From: Akkermansiaceae bacterium
Lineage (GTDB): Bacteria; Verrucomicrobiota; Verrucomicrobiia; Verrucomicrobiales; Akkermansiaceae
Assembly (NCBI GenBank): GCA_015061985.1
Contig: SUVN01000003.1
Coordinates: forward strand, 41,024 to 105,023
Length of the DNA: 64,000 bases
Direction: 5' to 3'
The notes under the pieces are model-generated. The model ran no database searches. It was not told the origin of the DNA and was given only the letters and a program-made list of their open reading frames with translations. Numbering within the stretch: position 1 is the stretch's first letter; every line of letters starts with the position of its first letter. The position numbers and the translations under genes are program-made. Of this stretch, positions 47,707 through 57,223 are shown piece by piece.

Positions 47707-50601
47707 TCAGCGGAAAATGACCTCATACACGCGCGTGCCGGGCTGGCGGGTTGATTCCAGCGTCACGGTGTCAGTACCCGGGTTCAACTCAAAGGTCATG
47801 AGCCCGTCGATACGCCCGGAGGGCGTGGCGTTGCTGACAGTACAGTCGGCGGTTGTGATGACGGAGAGGCGGGTAGCACCTGCGGGAACTTTCAAGTCTA
47901 CGCGGAGAGCCTGTTTGCCGCAGTTGAATGCGCTGGAGATATCGCCGTCCGTCAGGCTGTGCACGTCCGTATCCGGAGCCACATACGGCAGTTTCAGCGC
48001 AAAGGAATTGAGGCGAATTTCTCTGGATTGACTGCTGGCATTGAGCAGACGCACAGAACGGATTCCGGCGGTGGGCATGTCTTTCTCATCGATGTAGAAC
48101 ACCTTCTCGTATATCTGTTGCAAGCGCGGTGTGACCACCGTACCGTCTTCCAGCGTAAGCTCCAGTTTGCACCAGGAGCCGAGCGACGCATCATCCATAT
48201 TCATGCTGAAAGACTTGGCATACACCGGAATGGGCAAATTGAGGCTCAGGTAGCTGCCCGGTTCAGCCTTGGCCACTTCCATCTTTCGGCTCAGACCAAT
48301 AGTGGTTTCATCATTATAGGCATAGATGCCGGTGAGCCCTTGCATGGAGGTAGCCAACAGCGCGGACAACGGACGATTTACCGTGAATTCACAGATGGAA
48401 AGCGACTTACCCTCCGTGGGTTGGACAATACGGTATCGCACCATTCGCGCCATGACCGGCTCAGCGCGACGATCCACTGTCACCTTGGGGCCGTAACTTA
48501 ACTCACCCAGCGGATTCCATGTCTGACCGTCGACAGAGTATTCCATCTGTCCGGACAGGGGTACCCGGGTGCGGTGGGAATTCCCCCCCATGCGCAGATT
48601 GATGGTACTGACGGGGGTGAGTTCCCCCAAATCGAGGCAGTACCAATCACCCGCCTGCTGCGGTTGTCCTGATTCCCAGAGGGAGTTGAGGTTGCCGTCA
48701 CTCACGTTGGCGGCGTTCACAGTGGCATCCCCGCCCTGACAGCTGAATGACGGCAGCATGGTGCGGATGTTGCGTCCCGCCAGCTCGGACAGGATGGCAG
48801 CGTTCACATAGTTGAACACGGAACGAAGCGCCGGGGTCACGGCATAAGAACCCACCTGCACATCCTGCACCTGCACCACCGCATTATCCTGCCAGGCATC
48901 ACGATACAGCAGTGCCATCTCGTTGAGCGAATCCACCACATGCAGAGCGGTACTCAAGCGCTCCTGCAAGCGATCAGCACGCATAGCGCGGATAGCTTCC
49001 ACCCCGGCCTGTCCGGTCAAGGCAAAGGCGCGCAGCCAGGGGGCTATTTCATTCTGCAGCGCCTGCATCCCACGCGCCTGAATCAGATTATACCCGGCTG
49101 CTGCAATTTCCGCAAATTGCTCACTCATGGCGGCCGCCGTTTCGGGAGTGGGTACACCGGTCGCCAGTTCCGACCGGAAACGGGTGACCAGCGGAAGAAG
49201 AGATTGCGATTCTTCCCGGGCATACCCGTGCCCATTGGGCAGCAGGTCTGCATTGTGCTCACAGAAAACCTGCATAGCCTCCGCACACTGCGGATAGAGA
49301 CGGCGAATGCCCTCACGCCACGTCGGCTCAGAATCAAAGGAAGGGATATTCCAAGTGTAGGCTGCCACCCCGAAAAGTCCCACTTTGTTAGCCTCTGCAC
49401 GCTCCATGGGGTTGGCGACAAAACCGCTCATCTCCCCCTCCATACCCGGGGTCTGATCCAGACCGTAGGTACGCCCCATGGAGAGGCGGGAGGGTTTCAT
49501 ATCGTTGCAGGGCCAGTTCCACCAGATGAAGGTGGGGCGTCCCGTGTGACCGTTCACCCACTTCTGACCTTCCAGAGTGATATCATTCACCACAGTGTTG
49601 CCCGTCCACATGATATGAATGCTTTTGTCAAGCCCTTTGCCCAGTGTTTCCAAATCAGGAACATTGGCCCAGCTCTTGTTGTAACCGGTGGGGCACATGA
49701 TGAGCTCCTGATTCACATCAGGGTGCTTGCGGATGAAATTCTCAAGTATGTAGTTGCAGAGCTGCACCTGACGGGAGGCCTTACCGATTTCGCCGAAAGA
49801 ATCATCCACCAGCACGGCAAAATCGCGCACGCCCAGATCATACATCCACTGCAGCTTGGCGCACAGACCGTCCAGCTGGTTGCGCCCCTCATTCTCCTCC
49901 CACTTCACTGTGTTGGCCGGGTGGATAGCCCAGACAAAGCGGACATGGTTTCTGCGGGCATGCTGCACCAGCGCCGCCAGCTCATGAGCCTTTTCCTTCG
50001 GATATGGCTCATAGCAGCCCTTGCCGTGGTGGAGAGGGTCATCCTTGGGCGCGTAAATGTAGATATTCATCTTATTGCGCCCGTAAAAATCAAAGAGCGA
50101 GCGGCGTCCCTCATAGCTCCACGGGATGCCGTAGTAGCCTTCTACTGCACCACGGTAACGCAGACTGGGCCAGTCCACCACCGTACCGGTGGGCAACTCA
50201 CCCAGCGTGGCTATCTGCTCCATGGTCAGGTTGGGGAATGGGTCTTTCTGCGCATTACGGGAACCCGGCACGCCGATGAGCATCTGCGAAAGCGTCTGGC
50301 GAGCATAAAACACGCCCGTCTCATCATTGGCGAGCACTTGTACAGCCCCCTCCGGGGTGATTTGGATGGCATAAGCACCTTCCACTCCGACGGGGATACG
50401 CCCCCACAGTCCATCCGTAGCTTCAGGGGTGCGAATCTGCACGGAAACAGAACCGGCTTTCACCGTCTGTTGGGCAGAAACCTCATACTGCTGCGGAGCG
50501 GGGAACACCGGGCAGCTTTGTTCTTCAGTCGCCGTGGCAACCAAAGCCGGCACGGCTGCCAATGCGGCAGCCACTGTCATTGCTTTGCCTGTTGTCATCA
50601 T
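47707..50601 (-). CDS. Glycoside hydrolase family 84 beta-N-acetylglucosaminidase (O-GlcNAcase-like) with C-terminal carbohydrate-binding/discoidin-like modules
   Basis: Signal peptide. GYYGIPWSYEGRRSLFDFYGRNKMNIYIYAPKDDPLHH, VRFVWAIHP, and the adjacent Asp pair in DFAVLVDDSF match the GH84 catalytic region. The later LNSLWESG...DWYCLDLG resembles an F5/8-C type module. Confidence 0.85.
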   Translation of the reverse strand: MMTTGKAMTVAAALAAVPALVATATEEQSCPVFPAPQQYEVSAQQTVKAGSVSVQIRTPEATDGLWGRIPVGVEGAYAIQITPEGAVQVLANDETGVFYARQTLSQMLIGVPGSRNAQKDPFPNLTMEQIATLGELPTGTVVDWPSLRYRGAVEGYYGIPWSYEGRRSLFDFYGRNKMNIYIYAPKDDPLHHGKGCYEPYPKEKAHELAALVQHARRNHVRFVWAIHPANTVKWEENEGRNQLDGLCAKLQWMYDLGVRDFAVLVDDSFGEIGKASRQVQLCNYILENFIRKHPDVNQELIMCPTGYNKSWANVPDLETLGKGLDKSIHIMWTGNTVVNDITLEGQKWVNGHTGRPTFIWWNWPCNDMKPSRLSMGRTYGLDQTPGMEGEMSGFVANPMERAEANKVGLFGVAAYTWNIPSFDSEPTWREGIRRLYPQCAEAMQVFCEHNADLLPNGHGYAREESQSLLPLVTRFRSELATGVPTPETAAAMSEQFAEIAAAGYNLIQARGMQALQNEIAPWLRAFALTGQAGVEAIRAMRADRLQERLSTALHVVDSLNEMALLYRDAWQDNAVVQVQDVQVGSYAVTPALRSVFNYVNAAILSELAGRNIRTMLPSFSCQGGDATVNAANVSDGNLNSLWESGQPQQAGDWYCLDLGELTPVSTINLRMGGNSHRTRVPLSGQMEYSVDGQTWNPLGELSYGPKVTVDRRAEPVMARMVRYRIVQPTEGKSLSICEFTVNRPLSALLATSMQGLTGIYAYNDETTIGLSRKMEVAKAEPGSYLSLNLPIPVYAKSFSMNMDDASLGSWCKLELTLEDGTVVTPRLQQIYEKVFYIDEKDMPTAGIRSVRLLNASSQSREIRLNSFALKLPYVAPDTDVHSLTDGDISSAFNCGKQALRVDLKVPAGATRLSVITTADCTVSNATPSGRIDGLMTFELNPGTDTVTLESTRQPGTRVYEVIFR

Positions 50602-51275
50602 AAACTCAATATCAGGGGAAGTAATTCTTCAAATCGGGTCAACCGCCAATCAGGATTCAGAGCCAGGCAGGCGGCCTCCTCCTGCGCCGCCGTGGAAGCC
50701 CAGGCCGCATTGATGATGCGGACACCCACGCGGTGGCTCAGCTCAATGTCCGAGGGCGCATCACCCACATACACCAGTTCATCCGGGCGCAGATTCCACT
50801 CCTGCATGACCTCTTGCAGCCGCTCGTGCTTGCAGTTGTGTGTGGCCAGTCCGAATCCGCGCCATTCCACGAACTCATCCAAGCCATAATAACGTATGGT
50901 CGGATTACCCGTAAAATGTTCCTTACCGCTGATGATACCTATGCGGATACCCGCTGCTCTGATTGCCCGCAGCATCTCCACCGCACCGTCAAAGGGAGCG
51001 GGTGCCAGCGTGGGGTGCAGGCGCTCATAAACCTCCACAAAGCGGCTAATCGGCAGCTCCGGATCATCCGGTGACATGCCCAACAGCCCGGCCAGCACGC
51101 CGCTGTCATTCAGCCCGAAAAAGCTGACGACTTCCTCCGCTGTAGGCTTGGGATGCCCCAGCTCCTCCACACAGGTGCGGTACGCCTCCACACACAGCGG
51201 GAGCGTATCACCCAGTGTACCATCCATATCGAATAAGACTGCCTTGAGCATATCTGTTGCGCGGTAAAGACTCAT
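50598..51275 (-). CDS. HAD-superfamily hydrolase (phosphatase-like)
   Basis: AVLFDMDGTLGDT (motif I), ISGK (motif II/III region), and VYVGDAPSDIE (motif IV). A likely alternative start is at 51251 (MLKAVLFD). The stop overlaps the GH84 start (ATGA). Confidence 0.85.
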   Translation of the reverse strand: MSLYRATDMLKAVLFDMDGTLGDTLPLCVEAYRTCVEELGHPKPTAEEVVSFFGLNDSGVLAGLLGMSPDDPELPISRFVEVYERLHPTLAPAPFDGAVEMLRAIRAAGIRIGIISGKEHFTGNPTIRYYGLDEFVEWRGFGLATHNCKHERLQEVMQEWNLRPDELVYVGDAPSDIELSHRVGVRIINAAWASTAAQEEAACLALNPDWRLTRFEELLPLILSL

Positions 51276-51436
51276 CCTACCATAGAACCGAACCTATGGC
51301 AAGATATTAATAGATACGCAGCAACTCCACTGTTTCTTTCAATCCCGCCGATTTATCCTTCCTGTTCAGTTTTTCTGCTTGTCCTGAGGGCAGGAACATA
51401 GTAGACTGCCGGAAGCGCAAAAAAAAACGTTGACCC

Positions 51437-53992
51437 ATGCGAAATAATCTGTTTCTGATTTCGATGATGGCGGCAGTCGCCGTGAGCGGGAATGCTACTG
51501 CGGTAGAATATCCCGGCACGGCTCCCGGTAAAGCGTCGGCTGCACAGAAGGGCTCTACGTACAGCCTGAGCAACAATCTCATATCCGCTGATTTTGGATG
51601 GAAAGACGGCGGGGTTACCTTCGGCGGGCTGAAAGCGGCTGACGGCACTCCGTTGGTGGAGGGCGGCGGCCCGGTGTTCCTCATTCAACTGGCAGACGGC
51701 AGCAAATTAAGCTCCACCGACATGACAGCAGAAACACCGCAGGTGAAAGAGCTGAGCGCCGACAAGCAATCGCTGTGCATCGCCGAACAGGTGCCGGGCA
51801 AGGCCATTTCCGCCACTTTCACCGCACCGGATGCCTCATTCAGAGTGGAGTGGCAGGCCGTGCTGCGCGACGGATCACACTATCTGCGCCAGGAATATAC
51901 CCTGAAGGCCAAGGACAAGCCCGTCCCCTTCAACACCATCACCCCCTTGCAGGTCATTCCGGCAGAGGCTGCCGGGATTCCCTCCATCTCCGGCAATACG
52001 ACCCATGGCACTGTGGCTGTAACAAACAAGCTGTTCATGGGACTGGAGACCCCCATGGCCGCTATGTCTGTGGGACAACACGGGGCAGCACGGGAAGATG
52101 CCTGGAGCGCGGAAAGCTGGACGCCGAAGATGTTCGGCAGCGTGTTTGCCGTGCCGGAAAGCTTCCACCCGGTGTACGGTAACCGCTATGAAGCCAAAGT
52201 CGGCCCCACTGTGCGCGATTTGCTGATGGCGGAAGGCCCCGTGAACTTCCTGGAGCCCGGCTCCTGCGAAATTGACTTTGAATATGAGCGCGGCAACCAC
52301 CGTCTCAACATCGTGGATGTGCAACTGGTCACCACCTCCGGACAGGTGCTCAGCGAGGATATTCATCCCGGCTACACCGGGCACAAGTCTGAGAATGCCG
52401 AATACCGGGTGACTGTTCCCGTGGCCGGCACCTACCACCTGCGCTACTGGGTAGAGAAAAAGACCGAGCCCGTCACCAGCAGCGGGCGTATCTCCCTTTC
52501 CCTGCCCATGGGCAACCCGGAGGAAAGCGCCGCCCCGGTTCCGGAGGATATGGTGCGCGGCAACTGGGTGCGCAAAGCCAAGCTCACACCGGAATCCCCC
52601 TGGAAGGTCAGCTCTGTGATAGGGCTGTTTGCCCCCGGGCAGCAGCGCCGCTCCTTCCTGGCCTACCTCGAGCGAGAGAAGCCCGTCCCCTACCGCACCA
52701 TGGTGCATTACAACGACTGGTATGAAATCGGCATCACCCGCCATGACTTCAAGGACCCGCTCAAGCGCACCACGGAAAAAATATCGCTGGATGTCATCAA
52801 GACATGGAAACGAGAGCTGTTCGACAAGCGCGGGGTGAAGCTTGATGCCTACATCATGGACGATGGCTGGGATGATTTCAACAGTCTGTGGGACTTCCAT
52901 ATCGGCTTCCCCAATGGCTTTGCGGAAATCAACAAGGTGGCCGCCTCCATGGATTGCGGGCTTGGCACCTGGCTGGGGCCCGTGGGGGGCTACGGTGCCT
53001 CCAAGCGCATGCGCATCGCCTATTGGAACAAGGTGCATCCGCACAACCGCATCGCCAACTTTGAGCTCTCCAATCCGGTGTATTTCAACGCCTTCGTGGA
53101 TCGCTGCAAGGATATGGTGAAGAATTACGACATGCGCTACTTCAAGTTCGACGGCATCTCCACCAAGTTCCACGCCAAAGGACCGGGCGCATTGGAGGAT
53201 GCAGAGGGAATCCTGCGCGTGCTGGCCGCCCTGCGCGAGGCTCGCCCGGACATTTACCTCAACACCACGGTGGGCACCTGGGCCAGTCCGTTCTGGTTCC
53301 TGCATGCGGACTCCATCTGGCGTCAGGAGAACGATTTCGACCAAATCGGCAATGTGGGAGATGCCCGCGACCGCTGGATTACCTACCGTGACCGTCTTGT
53401 GCACGAGGTCTATGTGGAGGGGGCGCCGCTCTGCCCCATCAATGCCATCATGACCCACGGCACCATCATCACCCACAATGGCCCGCCCCGCGTCATGAGC
53501 ACAGCCCCCGCCAACTGTGTCAAGGAAATGCGTACCGCCTTCACCTGCGGCTCCGGCTTGCAGGAAGTGTACGCCGACTCCGTCATTCTGGCACAGGAAA
53601 ACGGTCGCCTGTGGGATGAACTGGCAAGCTGTATCGCCTGGATTCGCCGCAATGCAGATGTGCTGGCAGATACCCACTGGGTAGGCGGCAATCCCTGGAA
53701 CAAGCAGACCCGCGACGGCGATATCTACGGCTGGGCTTCCTGGAACAAGGAAAAATGCACGCTTTCCCTGCGTAATTCTTCCGGGAAGGTGAAGACGCTC
53801 AAGGGCACACTGCGCAGCATTCTGGATGTGCCGCCCGGCGTGACGGGCACCGTCATTCTGCGCAGCAGCTTCGATGACCAGACTCGGCTTCCCATCATGG
53901 ATAAAGCCATTGATGTGGATACACCCATCGAAATAACGCTGCAACCCTTCGATGTGGTCGCCATGGAAGGCACCTGCGAAATCAAAGGCTGA
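51437..53992 (+). CDS. Exported putative glycoside hydrolase, clan GH-D-like (alpha-galactosidase / alpha-N-acetylgalactosaminidase-like core)
   Basis: Signal peptide. AYIMDDGWDDFNSLWDF...FPNGF and MRYFKFDGI resemble the DDGW and K-x-D nucleophile motifs of GH27/GH36-type TIM barrels. The N-terminal ~400 aa is uncharacterised. Confidence 0.45.
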   Translation: MRNNLFLISMMAAVAVSGNATAVEYPGTAPGKASAAQKGSTYSLSNNLISADFGWKDGGVTFGGLKAADGTPLVEGGGPVFLIQLADGSKLSSTDMTAETPQVKELSADKQSLCIAEQVPGKAISATFTAPDASFRVEWQAVLRDGSHYLRQEYTLKAKDKPVPFNTITPLQVIPAEAAGIPSISGNTTHGTVAVTNKLFMGLETPMAAMSVGQHGAAREDAWSAESWTPKMFGSVFAVPESFHPVYGNRYEAKVGPTVRDLLMAEGPVNFLEPGSCEIDFEYERGNHRLNIVDVQLVTTSGQVLSEDIHPGYTGHKSENAEYRVTVPVAGTYHLRYWVEKKTEPVTSSGRISLSLPMGNPEESAAPVPEDMVRGNWVRKAKLTPESPWKVSSVIGLFAPGQQRRSFLAYLEREKPVPYRTMVHYNDWYEIGITRHDFKDPLKRTTEKISLDVIKTWKRELFDKRGVKLDAYIMDDGWDDFNSLWDFHIGFPNGFAEINKVAASMDCGLGTWLGPVGGYGASKRMRIAYWNKVHPHNRIANFELSNPVYFNAFVDRCKDMVKNYDMRYFKFDGISTKFHAKGPGALEDAEGILRVLAALREARPDIYLNTTVGTWASPFWFLHADSIWRQENDFDQIGNVGDARDRWITYRDRLVHEVYVEGAPLCPINAIMTHGTIITHNGPPRVMSTAPANCVKEMRTAFTCGSGLQEVYADSVILAQENGRLWDELASCIAWIRRNADVLADTHWVGGNPWNKQTRDGDIYGWASWNKEKCTLSLRNSSGKVKTLKGTLRSILDVPPGVTGTVILRSSFDDQTRLPIMDKAIDVDTPIEITLQPFDVVAMEGTCEIKG

Positions 53993-54050
53993 AAACACGA
54001 AGGGCGATTGAGGCAACTCTTTCGCCCTTCTTCCACTATTCCCATACCAC

Positions 54051-55166
54051 ATGACGAGCTCCAGAATCACCGGCATTGATGCCCTGCGCGGACTGGATAT
54101 GCTCCTGCTCTGCGGCGGCGCGAGCGTGCTGAATCTCCTGTTGGCGTATACAGGCGGGGCTCCGGATTGGCTCATGCGGCAGTTCCGGCATGCAGAGTGG
54201 GGCGGAGCTTTCACCTGCTGGGATCTGGTCATGCCGCTCTTCATCTTCATCACCGGAGCAAGCATGCCCTTCGCCTTCGCCAAGTACCGAGAGAAAGGAG
54301 GCCCGCGCTGGCGGCGCAGCACCACCCGGCGCGTTCTGCGGCGCGTAGCCCTTCTCTTTGTGTTGGGCATGCTGGTACAAGGGAATCTGGCAAGCGCCAA
54401 CCCGGCGCAGATGAGTCTTTTCTGCAACACACTGCAAGCCATTGCAGAAGGCTACCTCATCGCTGCCGCCGTCCTCCTGTTCTGCAAGCTGCGCGGACAA
54501 ATCGTCGTCTGTCTGGTCTGTCTCGTCAGTTACTGGGCGCTGCTGCGCTTTGTTCCCTATGCCGGAAATCCGGGCGGGCTCTTCCTGCCGGATAACAACC
54601 TGGCCGGCCATATTGACCGCCTCCTGCAGGGCGCATGGCACGACGGCACGCCCTACAGCTGGATTCTCACCTCGCTCTCCTTCGGGGCGCTCACCCTCAT
54701 GGGCAGCATCTGCGGCAGCCTCATCCTCGCCCGCCGCGGACTTCACACCGTCGGGCTCATGTGCATCATCGGGCTTGCCTGCCTGCTCTCTGCCCTGCTG
54801 CTGGAGGCCGATACTCCTCTCATCAAGCATATCTACACCACCACCGCCGTCCTGTGGAGCGGCGGCTGGTGCGTGCTCCTGCTCGCCCTCTTCCACCTGC
54901 TCTTCGACTGCTGCGGCTCGCGACTCGCCGCCCTCGCCTTCCCCCTGCAGGTCATCGGCTGCAACGCCCTGTTGGCCTACCTGCTCACCGAAATCCACGG
55001 CCCGGGCGGCCACAGCATCTGGCAAAGCGCCGTCCACCCCCTCATTTACGGTCTGGCCGAACAAGGAGGCCCCGCCGCAGATCTCGTCCGCGCCACCCTC
55101 AGCCTCCTGCTCCTCTGGCTCACCCTCCTCTTCCTCTACCGCCACAGAGCCTTCCTCAAAGCCTGA
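54051..55166 (+). CDS. Polytopic membrane protein, HGSNAT/DUF5009-like acyltransferase family
   Basis: N-terminal RITGIDALRGLDMLLL motif followed by ~10 hydrophobic helices, as in heparan-alpha-glucosaminide N-acetyltransferase-like proteins. Confidence 0.55.
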   Translation: MTSSRITGIDALRGLDMLLLCGGASVLNLLLAYTGGAPDWLMRQFRHAEWGGAFTCWDLVMPLFIFITGASMPFAFAKYREKGGPRWRRSTTRRVLRRVALLFVLGMLVQGNLASANPAQMSLFCNTLQAIAEGYLIAAAVLLFCKLRGQIVVCLVCLVSYWALLRFVPYAGNPGGLFLPDNNLAGHIDRLLQGAWHDGTPYSWILTSLSFGALTLMGSICGSLILARRGLHTVGLMCIIGLACLLSALLLEADTPLIKHIYTTTAVLWSGGWCVLLLALFHLLFDCCGSRLAALAFPLQVIGCNALLAYLLTEIHGPGGHSIWQSAVHPLIYGLAEQGGPAADLVRATLSLLLLWLTLLFLYRHRAFLKA

Positions 55167-55241
55167 TTGCGAGCAGGCATCTTTCCCTGTGCCGGAGTTA
55201 AGAGCACGCGAAACATCCTAACGGGCAGTATCACGCCTCAT

Positions 55242-55404
55242 CAGCATTTTGAATGCTGTAGCAAGTCCAAAAGTCAGATTTTATTGAAAATAATCCTCTT
55301 TTGCAGAAAATTTTCAGAAGATTTAGGAAAAATCTTCAGTTTTTGATGTTCTTTACCCCTTTGACTTTCGGGGGGTATCATAGGCTACAGCATTCAAAAT
55401 GCAG
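55242..55404 (+). repeat. ~163-nt element bounded by CAGCATT-N3-AATGCTG-type palindromes, upstream of PEP-CTERM gene 1
   Basis: cagcattttgaatgctg (55242-55258, perfect 7-3-7 palindrome) and cagcattcaaaatgcag (55388-55404, one mismatch). The 19-nt termini gcattttgaatgctgtagc / gctacagcattcaaaatgc are exact reverse complements. The interior aligns with the 59151-59315 element. Confidence 0.85.
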
Positions 55405-55516
55405 TATAATGACCCTGGCTTAATTGGTGTAAACATCTCTTCAACCCAACACACGAAAAAAAGGGGGGCTTCCGCACAATTACAGCTTAACTCTGAACAA
55501 TCTAATCATAATAGCG

Positions 55517-56101
55517 ATGAAGAAAACTTTTTTTACTCTTTTGGCGCTCAGCGGCGTAGCTATGGCGAGTGAACCGATGCAACAGGATTACAGTTCGTCT
55601 ATCACTCTCGACTATGGCTGGATGCTTGAATTCGAGATTACCACTAATACGTTGAGCGCAGAAGCCACACACGTGTTTTTCAAAGCTCAGGGAAATTATG
55701 GTGGCCCCGGTGCCTATGTAAGCAACTCTATAATCGGGTTAACCGATAATAACACAATCAATGGCATGAATGCCAGCGGTACTCTCAATCTTACCTTGGG
55801 CACGACGTATCGCATGTCCTTTGATAAAGGAACCGGCATTCTGTATCTGGCGGACACCACGACCAGCAATTATATAACAGCAGATTGGGCCGAATTTACT
55901 GCATATGCAAATATGTGGCAATCGAGCTTTTACGAGAGCAACGATGTTACAGTCACAGCCGGTAAAGTATACGACATGAACGGCATTACCGGCGAATCAT
56001 TCAAGAACTACGCCACGGCTGTTTCTGTCCCGGAGCCCACTACAGCTACGCTGAGCCTGCTGGCTCTGGCCGGTCTGACTGCCCGCCGACGTCGCAAATA
56101 A
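55517..56101 (+). CDS. PEP-CTERM sorting-domain protein (194 aa)
   Basis: Signal peptide MKKTFFTLLALSGVAMA. C-terminal VPEPTTATLSLLALAGLTARRRRK, i.e. PEP motif, TM helix and Arg cluster. Confidence 0.85.
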   Translation: MKKTFFTLLALSGVAMASEPMQQDYSSSITLDYGWMLEFEITTNTLSAEATHVFFKAQGNYGGPGAYVSNSIIGLTDNNTINGMNASGTLNLTLGTTYRMSFDKGTGILYLADTTTSNYITADWAEFTAYANMWQSSFYESNDVTVTAGKVYDMNGITGESFKNYATAVSVPEPTTATLSLLALAGLTARRRRK

Positions 56102-56125
56102 GTCTGAGCACTTTCCATTTCAAAA

Positions 56126-56163
56126 GCCGCTGCTCTTATCATGGGGCAGCGGCCTTTTCTTTT
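56126..56163 (+). terminator. Rho-independent terminator of PEP-CTERM gene 1
   Basis: An 8-bp stem, gccgctgc (56126-56133) / gcagcggc (56146-56153), followed by CTTTTCTTTT. It is homologous to the terminator at 57101-57134. Confidence 0.8.
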
Positions 56164-56271
56164 GATACAAGCCCACAAGTGCGAACTCTCATTCTTTTCC
56201 GAATCTGCCTAAATTGGCGACCTTCTCCGAAACATTTATCATCGGCTGCACACGTCAGCAATTTCGCTTCC

Positions 56272-56925
56272 TCAATTTCCGAGTTGCTCCAACGCCGCGC
56301 GAGCCTCCTCATGTCCCTGAGCGGCGGCTTTGCCGTACCAGACACGGGCAGTTGCCGCATCCTGCTCCACGCCCTCGCCTTCCTCATAACAACAGGCAAG
56401 ATTGTACTGCGCATTCGCCTGCCCTTGCTCTGCGGCGGCACGGTACCACCTCACCGCCTCCCGGCTGCTCTGCGGTACACCTTTGCCGAAATCGTAACAG
56501 ACTCCCAAATAGAACTGAGCCTCGGCAAGCCCCTGTTCAGCCGCCTTGCGATACCAGCGGAAAGCCTGAGCCTCATCCTTAGGGAGAATGCCTCCCTCCC
56601 CATACAACGAAGCCACGAGGAGCTGCGCACGCGCATCCCCACGCGCCGCCGCACAACGCCACAAAGCCATCGCCGCTTTCAGCGCTTTCTCATCCTGTGC
56701 AACGCGCCCGTAAGAGAACAAATTGCCTGACATTTCCATCATCGCAGCAGGGCTTCCCAGACGGGCAGACCATTCCGGCACAACATCAGGATGAGCCATC
56801 ACCACCGGCGCATGAGTCTTCGTGACCTTGTGCAGCTCAATCTTCCCGCTACCCACCAGTGCCACCGCCAGCGCAACGAGGCAGCACACCCCCACCATCA
56901 CTCTCCGTTCACGATTCAATTTCAT
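56272..56925 (-). CDS. Sel1-repeat (TPR-like) protein
   Basis: Start taken at MKLNRERR (ATG 56925), with an N-terminal anchor. It has four or more Sel1 units, e.g. AQFYLGVCYDFGKGVPQSSREAVRWYRAAAEQG and AQYNLACCYEEGEGVEQDAATARVWYGKAAAQG. Confidence 0.85.
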   Translation of the reverse strand: MKLNRERRVMVGVCCLVALAVALVGSGKIELHKVTKTHAPVVMAHPDVVPEWSARLGSPAAMMEMSGNLFSYGRVAQDEKALKAAMALWRCAAARGDARAQLLVASLYGEGGILPKDEAQAFRWYRKAAEQGLAEAQFYLGVCYDFGKGVPQSSREAVRWYRAAAEQGQANAQYNLACCYEEGEGVEQDAATARVWYGKAAAQGHEEARAALEQLGN

Positions 56926-56974
56926 AGAGTCACTTTTGTTGTTCACAGCAACTATACCCTTATCCGGCTGTCCT

Positions 56975-57066
56975 GACAACAAAAATCCCCGCACAACCCG
57001 ATAAATTCGAGCGAGCGCGGGGAGAAGAGGAAACCCTATTGGAGTCCCTACCCGTTGCAGGCAATC
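56975..57066 (+). repeat. Copy A of a ~90-bp direct repeat (terminator-like hairpin plus flanks)
   Basis: gacaacaaaaatccccgcacaacccgataaattcgagcgagcgcggggagaag...cccgttgcaggcaat aligns by eye with 59351-59440. Confidence 0.75.
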
Positions 57067-57100
57067 TTGCTAATCATTACAATCACCACCACTATCACAG

Positions 57101-57134
57101 GAAAAAAACCGCTGCCCCATAAGAGAACAGCGGC
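57101..57134 (-). terminator. Rho-independent terminator of PEP-CTERM gene 2
   Basis: Minus strand reads aaaaaagccgctgttctcttatggggcagcggttttttt. The stem is ccgctg / cagcgg, followed by a T7 run. Confidence 0.65.
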
Positions 57135-57223
57135 TTTTTTGCAGTAACGGAAAAGAGAGGGCATCGACAAGCCTGCGCCCGCAGACTCAGCGTCGCAGTA
57201 GTCGGCTCCCGTCTCCGCGCGCT

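Noticed and set aside
50598-50601. ATGA start/stop overlaps (also at 669-672), considered as possible programmed frameshift sites.
   Set aside because: Four-nucleotide ATGA overlaps are ordinary translational coupling. No slippery heptamer or downstream structure is present.
54442-55221. 259-aa and 188-aa alternative-frame ORFs (54442-55221 and 54635-55201) rich in Pro/Ser/Ala/Arg.
   Set aside because: They are same-strand, out-of-frame ORFs inside the HGSNAT-like membrane protein gene, whose frame gives coherent TM helices. They are compositional artefacts of GC-rich DNA.
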